From a virus: DNA of 64,000 nt. The notes beneath the pieces are model-generated. The model did not search any database. It worked only from the letters and a program-made list of their open reading frames with translations, and had not been told where the DNA came from. The translations under genes and the position numbers were made by a program. Where the stretch lies: IMG/VR virus record IMGVR_UViG_3300050343_000185; one strand, 5' to 3'. Shown here in pieces: positions 34,488 through 47,781 of this stretch; position 1 is the stretch's first letter; every line of letters starts with the position of its first letter.

Positions 34488-37400
34488 TTATACGTCCATT
34501 AAGTACCAACCGGCAAGGGCACCAGCACCAGCTGCTCCAGCAATTCCGCTTTGTCCAGCATATACCAGTCCAAATGCAGCATTAGGTGTTTGTACAATTA
34601 ATTCACCCCCGTTCCAACCAGCAGTCTCAGTAGGTTGAACACCCGATAATAGTGCTTGTCCTGTATTTGATACTTCTTTCTGAACTTTGGTATTGTCAGG
34701 TGCTCTAACAACCATGGTTTGATTATATGTAAGACTACCACTTATATCTATAATACGAACCATATCACCCATTTGAGGATTGGGAGGTAATCTCAAAAGA
34801 GTATTACCACTACAGTTAACAAAGTAATTAACATTAGCGTCTAAAGTTACTGCAGTATCACCAATATACTCCCACTTACGACCACCACTACTGGTGATGT
34901 AATTGTCAATTTGAGCAACTCTTAATGCTCCATTATCTGAAACTTGGAAGATGCTATTACCATCTGTGTTTGTAATTTCAAACTTAGAATCAATTGCCGT
35001 TCTACCAACTCCTTCTTGGAACTCAAGGTTGATTCCACCATCGATGTCAAGTGATCCACCAAAAGTAGAAACACCTGTACCTAAAGCAGAGAACGAACCA
35101 TATACAGTACGAAGTCTCCAGAAGAGTTATCAAATGTCAAGCGTGGACTAGTGCCATCAGTTCCAAAGAAGTTCATGTCACCACCGTTGATCGTTAGATC
35201 GCCAGTTGCGGTATCAACTTCTAGAGTTGTTCTGATTGGAGTTCCAGTAGCACCACCGTTAGTGATAGTGAAGAATTGCTGATTCTCAATCGTAGAACCA
35301 TTAATCGTTAGTGTATTTTCTGTGGTTAGAGTTCCTTCAACAAAAGTATTACCAGTTACAGAATTAACAGTAAACTTATTAAATCCAATACCAGCAGCAA
35401 TATCTCCAAGAATATATGTGTCACCAGTTGTAGACTCAACCCTGAATGTATCAGATGCAGGATCACCACCATCATTAACAATTAGTGATTGTGGTGAAGT
35501 AGAAACTAAATCAACAACAGAAACAAATTCATTCTGTGATAGTCTCAAGAAATCAGCAGTTGTTAATGTTCCACCAAATTCAGCAATACCAATTCTTACA
35601 TTACCGGATCCATTTCCAATACCAGATATTGGTTCATCTATTTGACCATCACTATTAAGGTCAGAACCAGTAATGTATGAAGCATTTGCTTGCTTATCAA
35701 GAATAGCAATTACACAACCATCTGGGTGATTTGTATAAGTTCCTGTTCCTTCCTGTCCTCTATTAACAATTAATCTGTATCCATTTGGATCAGCAGGATT
35801 AGCAACGTTAGCAATACCAGTGATTCTAACAATTTCACTTTCTGCTTCAGTTCTTAATCCAGTTAAGATATTTGCTCCGCTGCCAACACTATCAGGAGAA
35901 AATGCACTACCACGATCAAGAAGAAGTAGTTGACCAACTTGGAAGTCAACAATAGAAGGAGTACTAATTGGTAAGTAATAGTTATTGCCAGTAGAGTTAG
36001 TTCCATTTACTTGGAACGTAAGATCTCCACCGCCACCACCACCTAACTGAGCATCAGTAATGGTGATTGTTTCATCATTAGCATATCCTTCACCAGGACT
36101 ATCAATTGAAATATCAATTGTCTTGTCAAATCTAACAAGAACGGTAAATGATGCTCCTTCACCAGCACCATCAGAAGTTCCCTCAAGGAAAGCATAGTTT
36201 CCAGGAGTTCTATTTGCTTCACCATTATTAACAATATTATCAATAGCAGCGATTTGTCCACCAGCAACCAAGAATGTGTTTGATCCCCAAGCAGAAACAC
36301 CAGCAGTATCAATTACTCTTCCAGTAGTTACATACTTATAGAAGTCGATATTTGGATTGTCAACTCCACCAACTTGATGTCCTACTCTAGTAGTACCAAA
36401 TCTACCTCTTCCAATCTCAATAATACCAGCATTTAAACCACCGTCTAATCTAATATTACCTTCAACAATTGCCGAAGCAAGAACATTTAAAGTATTTCTA
36501 ATGGTGGTAGTACCACCGCTAGATCCCATCTGTAACGTGGTTGCGTTTGTTGCGAAGTTAATAGTATTTGTTTGGTCGCCATCAAATAGATTAGCAACTC
36601 TTGTTTGTGTAAACAATCTAGAGCTACTAGTTCCAGCACCATATCCAGTACCAATCTCAAGGTTACCAGAAAGTCCTGTGTAGAAAGTTCCAATCTTGAA
36701 ATATGAAGCAGTATCGGACTGTGTTGCCCATGCTCCACCCATAGTGATATTACATGTAGAAGTTACATCATTAGTAACTGTAGCAATATCTACTGTCGAT
36801 GAAGATGTATTTCTGTGGATCTTAATCGTTCCATTACTTACAACCTCGCCCACTAATAAAGTCTGATTTCCAGTAGCATTACCAATATTAATTGACTGAG
36901 TAACACTGGAGTTGTTCAACAGATTAAGAATCTGACCTTCACCAGCCCAGTTTAGAATATTAGCATTCTGATTGATGAAGTTGAATGCATTGTTTGTAGT
37001 TGTAAGGTCACCATCATTAACTTCAAGATCACCTGTAACCTCTAGATTCTCATGAATCCTAGCATCACCAACGACAACAAATGTCTTATCAAGACTCTTG
37101 TATGGGTTGATTGTATCGTTAACCGCAGTGTTAATACCAACTCTACCATTATTGGTAGTCATCACTCTGAACGTAGCATTATCACTTGGATTAGTCACTA
37201 TCGCCACCAACTAACAAGGCATCGTCAGTGATTAGTTTCAGTCTTGACAACAGATGACTTCAGTTACAGATAAGAATTGATTGTCTTACCACTAATGAAG
37301 GTTGTTCCAACAATGTCCAAGTTAGCTCTTGGTAGAACTTGATCAGAACTAAATGCGTCTAAGCAATCATCATGTGAAGATCTAGCAACAGTATTAATAC

Positions 37401-40400
37401 CTAATTTGTAGTCACCAATAGTTTCTGTGTTAGCACGTAATACTTCAGCACCAACTAATCCATATTCTTTCCAACTAGAATTAGAGAAGTCAACTGCTGG
37501 TACTGGTACACCAGGAGCAACATCAGTAATACCACCAGCACCTTTCCAAGAAACAGTTGCGATATTAATATTATTATAAATTTGGAAATGTACGTAGTTA
37601 TTGGTAGAATTAAACGCATCGCCATTAGGACTAAAGACTGTCCAAGTAGAGTTAAATCTAGAATCTGGATAATCTCTGAATCTAATTTGTGATTCGTTAG
37701 TAATTCCAATACCGGCATTGGTAACGTCTACACCAAAGGTCATCTTTAAAGGTCAGTTTAACTACGTTTGTACCATCAAATTCAATACTAAAGATGCTGT
37801 TAGTAGGAATCTGTGCGAAGTAGTTTGCATAAACCCAACCCAAAGAACCAGTTCTTCCAACTTGCTTTCCTTTTAGGAGGATATCACCAGATTTAGCAGC
37901 AACACCACTATAATCTACGAATTGAGGAGAAAGTAATCTACTACCACCAGACGAAACTAAAGCAGAGTTGTTTGGTGTGATATTAGAAGGAACACCAGAA
38001 GTAATATGAGTCTGAATTTGATAATTCTGACCCATTCCTCTTGAATTAAATCCAAATACAGCAGCATTAACTCTATTCTTACTAATTCTAACATCACCAG
38101 AATTTGGTGGTTGGAAATTAGTTCTATCTAAAGTTTCATCTTGCTCATCTAAAGTAACAGGATCTATACTTGATACGTTAGAACGAACAGTAAAGGAGTC
38201 TCTTACTTCAGTTAGATCATTATCCTGAACCGAAACGATCAAAGGAGATTGGAATACGTTCTGTTGAGTACCATCACCACCAACAACTGTAATATTCTGG
38301 TTGAACGTTACAGGAGTATCGAATGATGTGACTAGGTTTCCTACATCTTCATCTTCATCCTCACTATCTGCAAGAACTGCTCTTTCTAGGAATGTCTCTT
38401 CACCAGTAATAGCATTAATCTTACGATTACCAATATAAAGATCACCGTTGGAGTTTAGACCCGTGTAGAAGACAATACCAGCGTCCTCTTTCTTACTTTG
38501 GGCGTAGAAGTCCTCAGTAGGTGATAAGACGATCTCCTGACGCGCAGGGAGACCAGTAGAGTAGTTTCCTGGACCGAATCCAAGATACTCAAACGTATGG
38601 TTACCAGCACGAGCAATAGAAGGTCTTCTAAGTTCAACATAGTAACGTTGATCAGAAACTACCGTGCTATCACCAACAATCGCAATTCTACGATCTTCAG
38701 AACCAGAGGTTGCGTTACCAGTTTGTGCTTGGAGTTGATTATTTCCAGTAGAATATGTGTTATTTACAAATGCTGGTTGTAATACAAGATCCTGAACTAG
38801 TTCTTTTGTTACAGAGTTTTTGTAGTCATTAGTCGTAACAAGACCATGAACATAGTTGTCAGCAGCAGAAATTGTAGCAGGAGGATCAAGCAACTGAGAA
38901 GCAAGATTAAGTTCTTGTGTTGATGTGCCTGCTTTCTGGAACCAAAGAGGATCGTTCTTATAGTTAAGAGGATACAAACCACTGACTGGTTGCGAGAAGT
39001 TAAACTTCTTGAAGTTTTCAGCAACACCAGCACCAGTTGGGAATGGTGAAATATTACCACGTAAGCAACTTAAGTAATAGATACCGTCTTGCTGACCAGC
39101 AATTCTACGCTGTAGAGTTTCATAACTGAAGACATAGAACGTATCTTCAATAATTCCAGCATCTTCAACACTCTCAACATAGTATTCAATACCAGCGTCA
39201 TCTTGAATACGATCACCAGGAGTGATAGTATAAACGTTAGCGCCGTTTTGCTTGTAATAATACTCAGGATATTTTTTCGCGATTAGTGTTTTTAGAGGTA
39301 GCGATTTGCCATAATCCTGATCATTAAGCATGTCAGCAAAAACACTACCCTGAGTGAATCTGGTATTAGTGTACTCTGAGTACTCTAATTTTCCGCCGCG
39401 AATATTTTTCAGAATTAGGTAATGTAGTCCACCAATTGTGTAATAGGCATGGATATTAGCAAGACCAGAAGAGTTTCCAGTCCATTCAATTTGATTAGCA
39501 ACAATACTAGCAGTTTTATTAACTACAAATGATCCACCTTGAGGTGCATTAATCTGAACCGTAGTAAACGATTCGTTTCGTAGACCAGGGAAATTCAGTG
39601 TATCGACACTATGATCATATACAGTTAACTCAAGATAGTTAATTGTTGGATCTAATTGATCTTGTACATAACGACCAGACTGAATAGTTGCTTGAATACC
39701 AGAAGAGAACTTGGCAAACGCACGATATTCAATACCCTGTCCTGTTTGATCTTTCTTGTATGGATCGTATGAGTTTTCCGTATTCAATCCAGCAGTACTG
39801 AAATCAGTATCAGTGAATCCAATAAATTCATTTGGTTGAACTGGGTTGCTGAAACGAGCACCATATACAGTACCAGCAACGGGTTTTAGGAGAAGTTTTT
39901 GTGGTACTAACTTACGTGTGTCATCAGTTCTTGTCTTGATAACAAATCCGTTGATAGGATCTCTTGCGTTCTCAAGATACTTAGGAATAACATAACGTAG
40001 TTTGTATGTTCTGTCATTTGCTTCACGCTCATCTTCTAGACGAGTGAACCACATATCTGTAGATCTTGGACGATCTGATAGATCTTGCTGCTTGATTCTC
40101 CAGAAAATATTTTCGTCTCTAATTGACTGTGGAACAGTAGTTGATCCTTCATCCTTACAGTTAATGAACCACTTACCAGTAGTAATAAGACCGTTACTAA
40201 ATCCTGGATCATATTTTACAGGACTTCTACGCTTGTTCGAGAAAATTCTAAACCCAGCACTTTGACCTGCTGTAAATGTAATTGGGAATACATTATTGAT
40301 AGCATCAGCATGAGTCTTGTGAATCGTAAAGACTCTATCATTCTGATAACGAGCAAAGAATGACTTGTTGGGATTAATCTTACCGAAGTTAGCATCTGAT

Positions 40401-43400
40401 ACATCAGTTACTGCTACGTCGCTATCATTAGCATACGTTGTAGAAACATCAGGAAGTACTTCACCGTCAAATGCTCTAATGAATACCTCATGAGGTGTTA
40501 CAGAAGAGAATGGAACGTCAAAGATATGTGATACTTCAGTTTCAATACCAGCGTTAACAGTATTAGTTAACTTAGATTTGTATGTGTGTAAATCATACTT
40601 CTCATCAAGAATAAACTGATAGACATCAATTTCAACGTTAGCATCAATAGACTCAGACTCAGAAGCATAGATGTAAATACCTGCTGCAGCATTCTCTTTA
40701 GAGGTTGCTAGCATCAGTTTTGTCTGATCACTACCATTAAAGAATGTAGTAGTAGAATAATCTTCTGGTTGTGTTCTTCTGCCAGGAGCAATTACATAGT
40801 AAGTTTTGTTAGTCTCAAAACCATTAGGTAGTCTGACGAGACGCTTGTCTACATCAACATATTTACCAGAAGCAACATCAAAACGTGGACGTGGAACTAA
40901 TCTGACTGGTGTTCCAGTTTCAAAGTCATGTGGATTAGAAGCACCAACACCAGAAGTGTTGATTGTAAATACAGTTGCTCTAGACGCGAATAGTGAAACA
41001 CTAGCGGTTTGCTCTTCTCTATCAACTGATCCCACACCACTGTTAATAACAGTAGTAATGTTACCAATCAAAGTAGTAATAGCATCAGCAGTTCCAGAAC
41101 ATTCAAGACCAGGAGTTGTATCTACTAGTACATCAGGAGCAGGAACAGAACCAGCTGGTCCAACAATTACTGTCTTAGGTAAGGTATCTGCCCACTGACC
41201 TTTTTCAAATGTGAAGTATAAACCTAATCCATTAGTATTAGTTTGCTGTGCGATGATAGTATTACCAAAATCAAATCTAGAGTTCTGAACTCCAAGTTCA
41301 ATTTCAGTACTACTTACAATTCTCTTGACATATACGTTATCTTGAATTGTAGATATAATTGGTGTAGATCCAGGAGTAAGAAGACCATTAACAACACTAC
41401 TGATACTATACTCAACTACTCGCATACCAATTAGAATGCCACGAGTATCATTAACGTCAACAATCGCACTACCAGCAGTGGTACTACAACCATCAATCCA
41501 AACATCAAAGTTTCTCATGGCAGCAGTTGCTACCTGACCAACGTAGTTCCATGCATCAAGAGTTTCAGTCTTCTCACCATCAATGTAAGTTAGGTTGTTG
41601 CCAACATAGTATGCTTCACCTGCCTGTACTGAATTAATGTTACCGCCTAGTCTTAGGTCATTAACAACAGCATCAACAATATATGAAACGTCACGATAAC
41701 ATTTAGATTGCTCAGCATCTGTAGTAAATCCACCCCTTGTTACAACAGGTAGAGTTGCTAGTGAAGTTCCAGAGAAAGCATCATCAGCAATATCAAATAG
41801 AGTCTCAATAGATCCACGAACGTTAGCACAATCCCACTCACCTTGATCTAGTGGAGGAAGACTATCTAGATTACCGGCAGCAGTTGTATCACAAATAATT
41901 TCAACTAAAGTATTAACAGTAGATACAACGTCAGAACAATTGCCTGCTACATATCCACCTGGTTGTGGCAGAACACTACTTGTGCTTGGTTGTGCTGGAG
42001 CAGTTCTTGTGATACCACTGATACTACCAACACCAGCATCTGTTCCAATTGCTTGAATGATAGTGTCTAGATTAGTTGTTGTTGCGTTGATAGCATCAAC
42101 ACAAGCAGGTGTATCCCAATCAGTAACAATGTTGTTGTCAATTACCTGAGTTTCTAAGTTGGCAGACTTAGGAGTAATAGATATGTTTCTGAGAACATCA
42201 GCAATAAGGTTCTTAGCAGCAGTAAATACAGCAGCTGCTTCATCACGCTCAGGATCTAGGAATGTTGCTGCAGCAACACCATAACTAACACAGTTATTAG
42301 TCGCAGAAACAAATGTATGAGCAGATTGTGGGTTATGTTGTACAGCACCAGCAAGAGCACTTACAAATGTATGTGGAACACCAACAGCAGACCCAGCATT
42401 ACCAACATTAACAGTAATAGTAGTTGCGGTTACTGCTGTGATTGGAATAGACTTACCAGCGTAAGGATCAGATCCAGGACGTGGGTAAGTATGTTGAGTT
42501 ACATTGTTATCTTGATCACAAGTAAAGGTGAATGAATTATCAGAAAGAATAACACCTTCAGTCACACTCAACGAATGATTGCCAATGGTGATTTCCATAT
42601 CACCAGTTGTGGAATTGTATACTGCGTTAGATGGATTAAAACTCTGGTTAGCACTAGAAGCACCAACATTTACAGTCACTGTAGAAGCATCTGCTGCAGT
42701 GATTAGCATCCACTGACCAGCATAAGGATCATCAGCACTTGGTGATGCGTGTTGTGTCTGGTTGCCATCCATAGTACACGTAAAGATGACACTTCCGGTA
42801 TCAACTCTAATGTATCCACCCTGTGTCATATCATGACCAGGAATAGTAAATACTGAAAGACCAGTTGCTGGATTATAAGATACCGAGGTAGGGGTGAAAT
42901 TCTTTCTCTGCTTACTTAATCCAAAGTAAGGCATTATGTTAGTAACGTAAATCTCAGCAGAATCATAAGTTTTAGCATTTCCGCCAAACTTAACGTCATA
43001 CATAACTTCTTCTAAGACGTTATAGACATCATCTAAACAATCTTGCTCAGTATTAGTTGCCTGAGGAGTGTACGAAGGATATGATTCCTTCATTGTTTCA
43101 TATGCTTGCTTAGCAATAAACTTCTTATTTGCTAATACAAGATCATAAGCATCCGCATTCATATCGGATACAATAGGAGGATCTCCTACTTGATCAAGCG
43201 TAATTGTAGAATCTTTATAGTATAGTTGGTTGTTGATTGCTAAGTTAATAGCATCAGCGGCTCTCTTAAATGCTGTGATAGATGGTGATTCTTCTCCAGC
43301 AAGACCGTCACTAATTGGTGCGCCTAGGCGATCAAAATATGTCCTCGCCATCGCGATAGAATAGGCATTACCACCAAACCAAAGATCTTGTCTTATAGCG

Positions 43401-46400
43401 TCAACAATATGTCCAATGTCTCTTCTACACTTGCTCGCACCCGTTAGTAAATCTCTTTCTGTAGGAGTAACATAGTTTGCGTTTTGTACATTTAGAATGC
43501 TGGCACTACTACCATCACTAATACATTGAGTTATAATTGACGTTAAAGATGCAATTGAATTTTGTACATCAGCACAAGCAGTGGTGTCAGTGTTAACAAC
43601 ATCTCCGTTTCCATTTCCATATATCGACTCGCCAGTAGAAACGGTAAGGTCTTGATATCCAGAACTCAATTGGTTAGATACAGCATCCTGTAGATAATCT
43701 CTAGCAGCGTTGAATGCAGCAATACTCTGTAGTTCTTCACCTTGTAATCCACCAGTTATCCATTGCTGACTGCCAGAGAAATATTTACCAATAAAGGTTC
43801 TACTCCATAAGTTACCACCAAGGAAAATATCCATCGCTACAGCATCGATGAAATATCCAATATCTCTTTTACACTTTGCAGATCCACCAGGGAAGACAAA
43901 CGATGGATATAAAGTAGAGACCTGACCAATAGCATAGTCTTGGGCATCTGCTTTGTTTCTTCTGATTAAACGATATGCTGTCTTAAATCTATTCGTAGCA
44001 GTTTCAGCAGGATCTCCAGGGAAGGAGAAGAATGGAGCTCCATCATAAACAGCAATTTCAGCAAGAGCATTATCAAGAATGTAATCTCTATTTTCTGTAA
44101 TTAGATTGTATGTGTCTCTGTACCTGGCAGCAGGATCAATTTTCTGTGCTAGATCAATGGTTACACCATTTGTAGTGTCTCCATCATTCTCTGCTTGAGA
44201 TCCTGTCTTACCAGAAGTAATACTGCCACATGGAAGATTGCTATAGAAATTATAAGGACTGTCGGCAAAAGAAACAGGATCATATAGATTTGCTTTTACA
44301 CTTAGCAAGTTAGCTACTGCTTGCTTACATAGATCGCGAGCTCTTCTAAATGCCCAAAGTAGATTTTCTTCTTCGCCAACCAATTGTCCAGTAAGTGTCG
44401 TATCATCAGCAAAGAATCCTTGTACAGCAGCAACTGTATTATAATTACCGCCGTCTCTTAAATCTTCTGCTACAGCATCAACAATAGTGCCAATATCATC
44501 AACACTAACAGGAGTACCACCAGGACTAAAGACTGACAAAGAATTTAGAGTCTCGTTAATGATATTCTGTCTATTAGCAATAATTAGATTGCGAGCATCA
44601 AAATAACGATTCGCGTTAGGATCTCTTCCAGGATTAACATAAGAAATGTCCTGAAGTCTTGGATACTTCTCAATGATATATCCAAAGACTTCCTCTTGGA
44701 TCATCTTGCGGTTGCTTTCAATTAAATTAGCAGCATCTGCATAGATGCTATTAATAGCGAATCCAGAAGGATTGAGAATTTGAGGAGCAGCAATATACTT
44801 AACAAATCCAGTTGGTTCTAGCGTTGCGTTAAACTCTTCAGTTCCACCAGCAACTGCTGGATCTAGTCTAACATATAGTTTTTCTCCAGACTTAGAACCA
44901 AGTCTATATCCACCAATGCTAACAGCAGGACGATTTAGTGGACTGGTAATCTCTTCACTACCAAGGAATAATTTAGTGTAGTTACTAGTATCTTGAGTTG
45001 TTCCAGAAATATCAATAGTATAGTATTGAGTTCTCGTAATATTAGCAGTACCACTATCAACCGCTTCAGGTGGAATGATATCAGTAATGAAACCACCTTT
45101 ATCCTGGTTAAAGGCAAATCCTTTGAAACCAATCGCATGAAGTGATGTATTACCAAAGTTAGAGTTCGAGTTCGTGATGGACATATCGCCACCACTTTCC
45201 ATCAGGAAGTGATCAGCGAAACCAACAGCGAAGATAGAAACGTTCTGAATGAATGCGTCTTCTGATGCTTTAACGTGGAAGGTTCTCCAGTCATCCTTCC
45301 AATAAGAATCACCCTTAGCGTGATAAGGAACAGTAGCAAACGCATCAGTTAGCGATGCTTGGTTCCAGGTGTTAGAATACTCATCATAACGGATGAATGC
45401 TCTGTCATCCTTTTGCAACGAAACGCCCGTATACTGAGCGATAACCATTGACTTAAATCCTGTCGCCTTAAGACCATTCGCCCAGATGCCACAAATACCC
45501 CACGTAGAGCGAATTGATACGTTAAAGACATATGGAGAGGCAGACTCTACACTATCAACTTCAGCGAGTGTCTGAGCGTTCTGACCGAGTGCTGGTGTAG
45601 TATCTACACTAACTGTTTGACCCGAAGCAATACCTGTACCAATTGCGCTGACAACTTCAGCAACTTCGTAAGTAAACTTGCGTGGATCATTTTGATCAAT
45701 ATCAATGATTGGGAAGATACCTTCCAAAACACTATCGATATTTGTATTAGAAATAGCAACGAACTGACCAGCAAAGTATCCGTGGTCTACTTTAGTTGTT
45801 ACTTCAATTTCAGATGTTGATGCAGCAATGCTAGGAATAGTCGTAGCATCATTAAGTGTTAGTGACTCAATAACTCTAGAGTCAGATAGAGGACCAACAA
45901 TACGGTTCTCCTGAATTCTAAAGTCAAACTCACCAGGATCATCAATTGTTGGTTGATATTCAGAGAAACCTTTAGCAATCTTTCTGTAGTAAAGACTTAA
46001 TTCTTCTGTATCTGCGTATTCAAATACAGTTAGTTTGTGGTGAGAATAGTTGGGAGCAGTTTTTCTAGTGAAATCATTAGGATCGTAGTATACCTCACCA
46101 GTTCCTTCTACAGTATTGTAAAGAGGAGACTCAGCAGTAGTTTGACCATCTTTTAAAGTAAACTGCCAGAAGTAACAACCACCGGTTACGTTAAAGATAG
46201 CAGAGCGAGGAACAGTTACTGAAGCAGGATCAGGAACATATAAAGGACGTATAACTGTACGACGGAGGTCATAACCTACCAGAGATGAACCCCTAGGGAT
46301 GATAGCACCACCCTCAGTGTTGTTAAACTTATAAAGGACATTATCAGGGTTGGAAATATCAAGAATGGAATTATCAGTCCACTCATTATTTGCTTGATCA

Positions 46401-46690
46401 AATCCAAACGCAGAGATACCACTAGTGTCTACAAGACCAGGGCGGTTATCAATGTAGTGAATACCAGGCATCAGCATAATGCTGAACTGGTCAAACCTAT
46501 CATTACCAAATCCAGGTAGATACGAATATCTTGCAATCTCTAGAAAAGCACGCTGGATGCTCTTGAATGGCGTTACAGGTGAGTTACCTCTATTAGATAA
46601 CGCATCTGTAGCGTTGAAATCATCAGGAGAAACATAAAGATACTTACCAGTTTTGCTGCTGATAAGGTTATCCAGACGTGTTAAAGGCAT
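34488..46690 (-). CDS. Giant tail fibre/virion protein of about 4000 aa (fragments 37697-46690, 37264-37743, 35081-37210 and 34488 to about 35090)
   Basis: N-terminal beta-helix-like segment (GNSPVTPFKSIQRA), central helical repeats, C-terminal fibre domains; TATAAATA late promoter at about 46731-46738. Confidence 0.8.
41040..44740 (-). repeat. About five phycobiliprotein-like helical repeats inside the giant fibre protein
   Basis: KCKRDIGY, KCRRDIGH, DCLDDVY, KCYRDVSY, each followed by ...(F/L)GGN, plus a Cys-less copy VDDIGTIVDAVAEDLRDGGN. Confidence 0.7.
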
Positions 46691-46840
46691 GATTAATCTG
46701 ACCCTGCGGTATATCTTTTATCCTAGGATTTATTTATACACGGGGTCTATACCTATCTCTGAGAATAAGCATTAATGCTATTTCTTTAAGACACATGTAA
46801 ATGTATCCAAATTGTTCTCTATAAGTTGTTCTATACATAA

Positions 46841-46912
46841 CTCCCCTTCCTGGGATCGAACCAGGGACAAATTGATTAACAGTCAACCGCTCTACCGCTG
46901 AGCTAAAGAGGA
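46841..46912 (-). tRNA. trnN: tRNA-Asn(GTT)
   Basis: Cloverleaf TCCTCTT...GTTGA CT GTT AA TCAAT...GTTCGATCC; no encoded CCA. Confidence 0.95.
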
Positions 46913-46917
46913 ATGAG

Positions 46918-46990
46918 AGCCAAACACAGGACTTGAACCTGCGACCTGAGCTTTACAAAAGCCCTGCTCTACCAGCTGAGCTAGTTTGGC
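46918..46990 (-). tRNA. trnT: tRNA-Thr(TGT)
   Basis: GCCAAAC acceptor stem, anticodon loop TT TGT AA, GTTCAAGTCC. Confidence 0.95.
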
Positions 46991-47505
46991 ATCCTAGTAA
47001 AATTGAATGGACCGTAATCAGATCCCCATACTTTTTGATGAGTTTCTGAATGAAGACCACGGTCCATTACTTGGTAATTTGTTTCAGTAAGAAGAACTTC
47101 GTTATTAACATAAGTTCTAACTCCTCCACGCATTACATAACACTCACAAGTATCATTCTTACCGGTGAATGTCTTTGTTGCTGTCTCTTTGATAATATTA
47201 TCACATCCCTCTCGGTATGTCAAGAGGTCATCAGTAAGCTTATCAAGGTTCATACATCCAACAAAATCTGATGGTGTTCTGATCTCATAGTTCTTGAGTC
47301 TAAGGTAATCACCTTCATCAACTACATCAATTACAAATTGTCTATAAGGGCGATTTAATTGATAGTTGTATGCTTGCTCTCCATAGAATCTAGTCTCCCC
47401 AATTTTACGATGACTAACACGAATGTGAGCATAACGAGTAGGATGACTTTGTGCTTGACGTTTGTTAGCAAAAGTTCCCTCAAATAATTCAAGAAACGTG
47501 TTCAT
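46981..47505 (-). CDS. cpeT: T-type phycobiliprotein lyase (CpeT/CpcT family)
   Basis: GTFANKRQAQSHP..YAHIR, FYGEQAYNY...PYRQ, DRG...KVWGS..GPF.F motifs. Confidence 0.92.
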   Translation of the reverse strand: MNTFLELFEGTFANKRQAQSHPTRYAHIRVSHRKIGETRFYGEQAYNYQLNRPYRQFVIDVVDEGDYLRLKNYEIRTPSDFVGCMNLDKLTDDLLTYREGCDNIIKETATKTFTGKNDTCECYVMRGGVRTYVNNEVLLTETNYQVMDRGLHSETHQKVWGSDYGPFNFTRMPN

Positions 47506-47770
47506 CGGGCATCACTTCAGGATTAATAAGATCTAATTCAAATAATACAGGGTGGCATTCTTCAGCAATCAAGTAATCAGAGTACTTAAAAATTTCTTCT
47601 AGTGTATAGTCTTGATTCATTGCTGCTTCTGCCAGTATCCATTTGTTATCTTTTTCCTCTTTTTCGAGAACGTCGAATGCAAATGGCATACTCTCAATAT
47701 AATACATCAGGACTGGTTCACTATCAACAAACACATGTTTGCGTGTGATTGTATACCTGAACTGTGCCAT
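47489..47770 (-). CDS. Hypothetical protein (MAQFRYTITRK...)
   Basis: Start at 47770 with AGGA SD; upstream of it lie a hairpin and tRNA-Leu. Confidence 0.65.
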   Translation of the reverse strand: MAQFRYTITRKHVFVDSEPVLMYYIESMPFAFDVLEKEEKDNKWILAEAAMNQDYTLEEIFKYSDYLIAEECHPVLFELDLINPEVMPDEHVS

Positions 47771-47781
47771 GATGTTATGGT

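Noticed and set aside
41040-44740. NtcA/CRP-like or nucleotide-level repeat explanation for the helical repeats
   Set aside because: The similarity is at the protein level only; the DNA copies are highly diverged, so the repeats are old and selected as protein
34488-46690. Intein, intron or homing endonuclease in the giant fibre gene
   Set aside because: No LAGLIDADG, HNH or GIY-YIG motif and no Cys/Ser...His-Asn splice junction pattern seen
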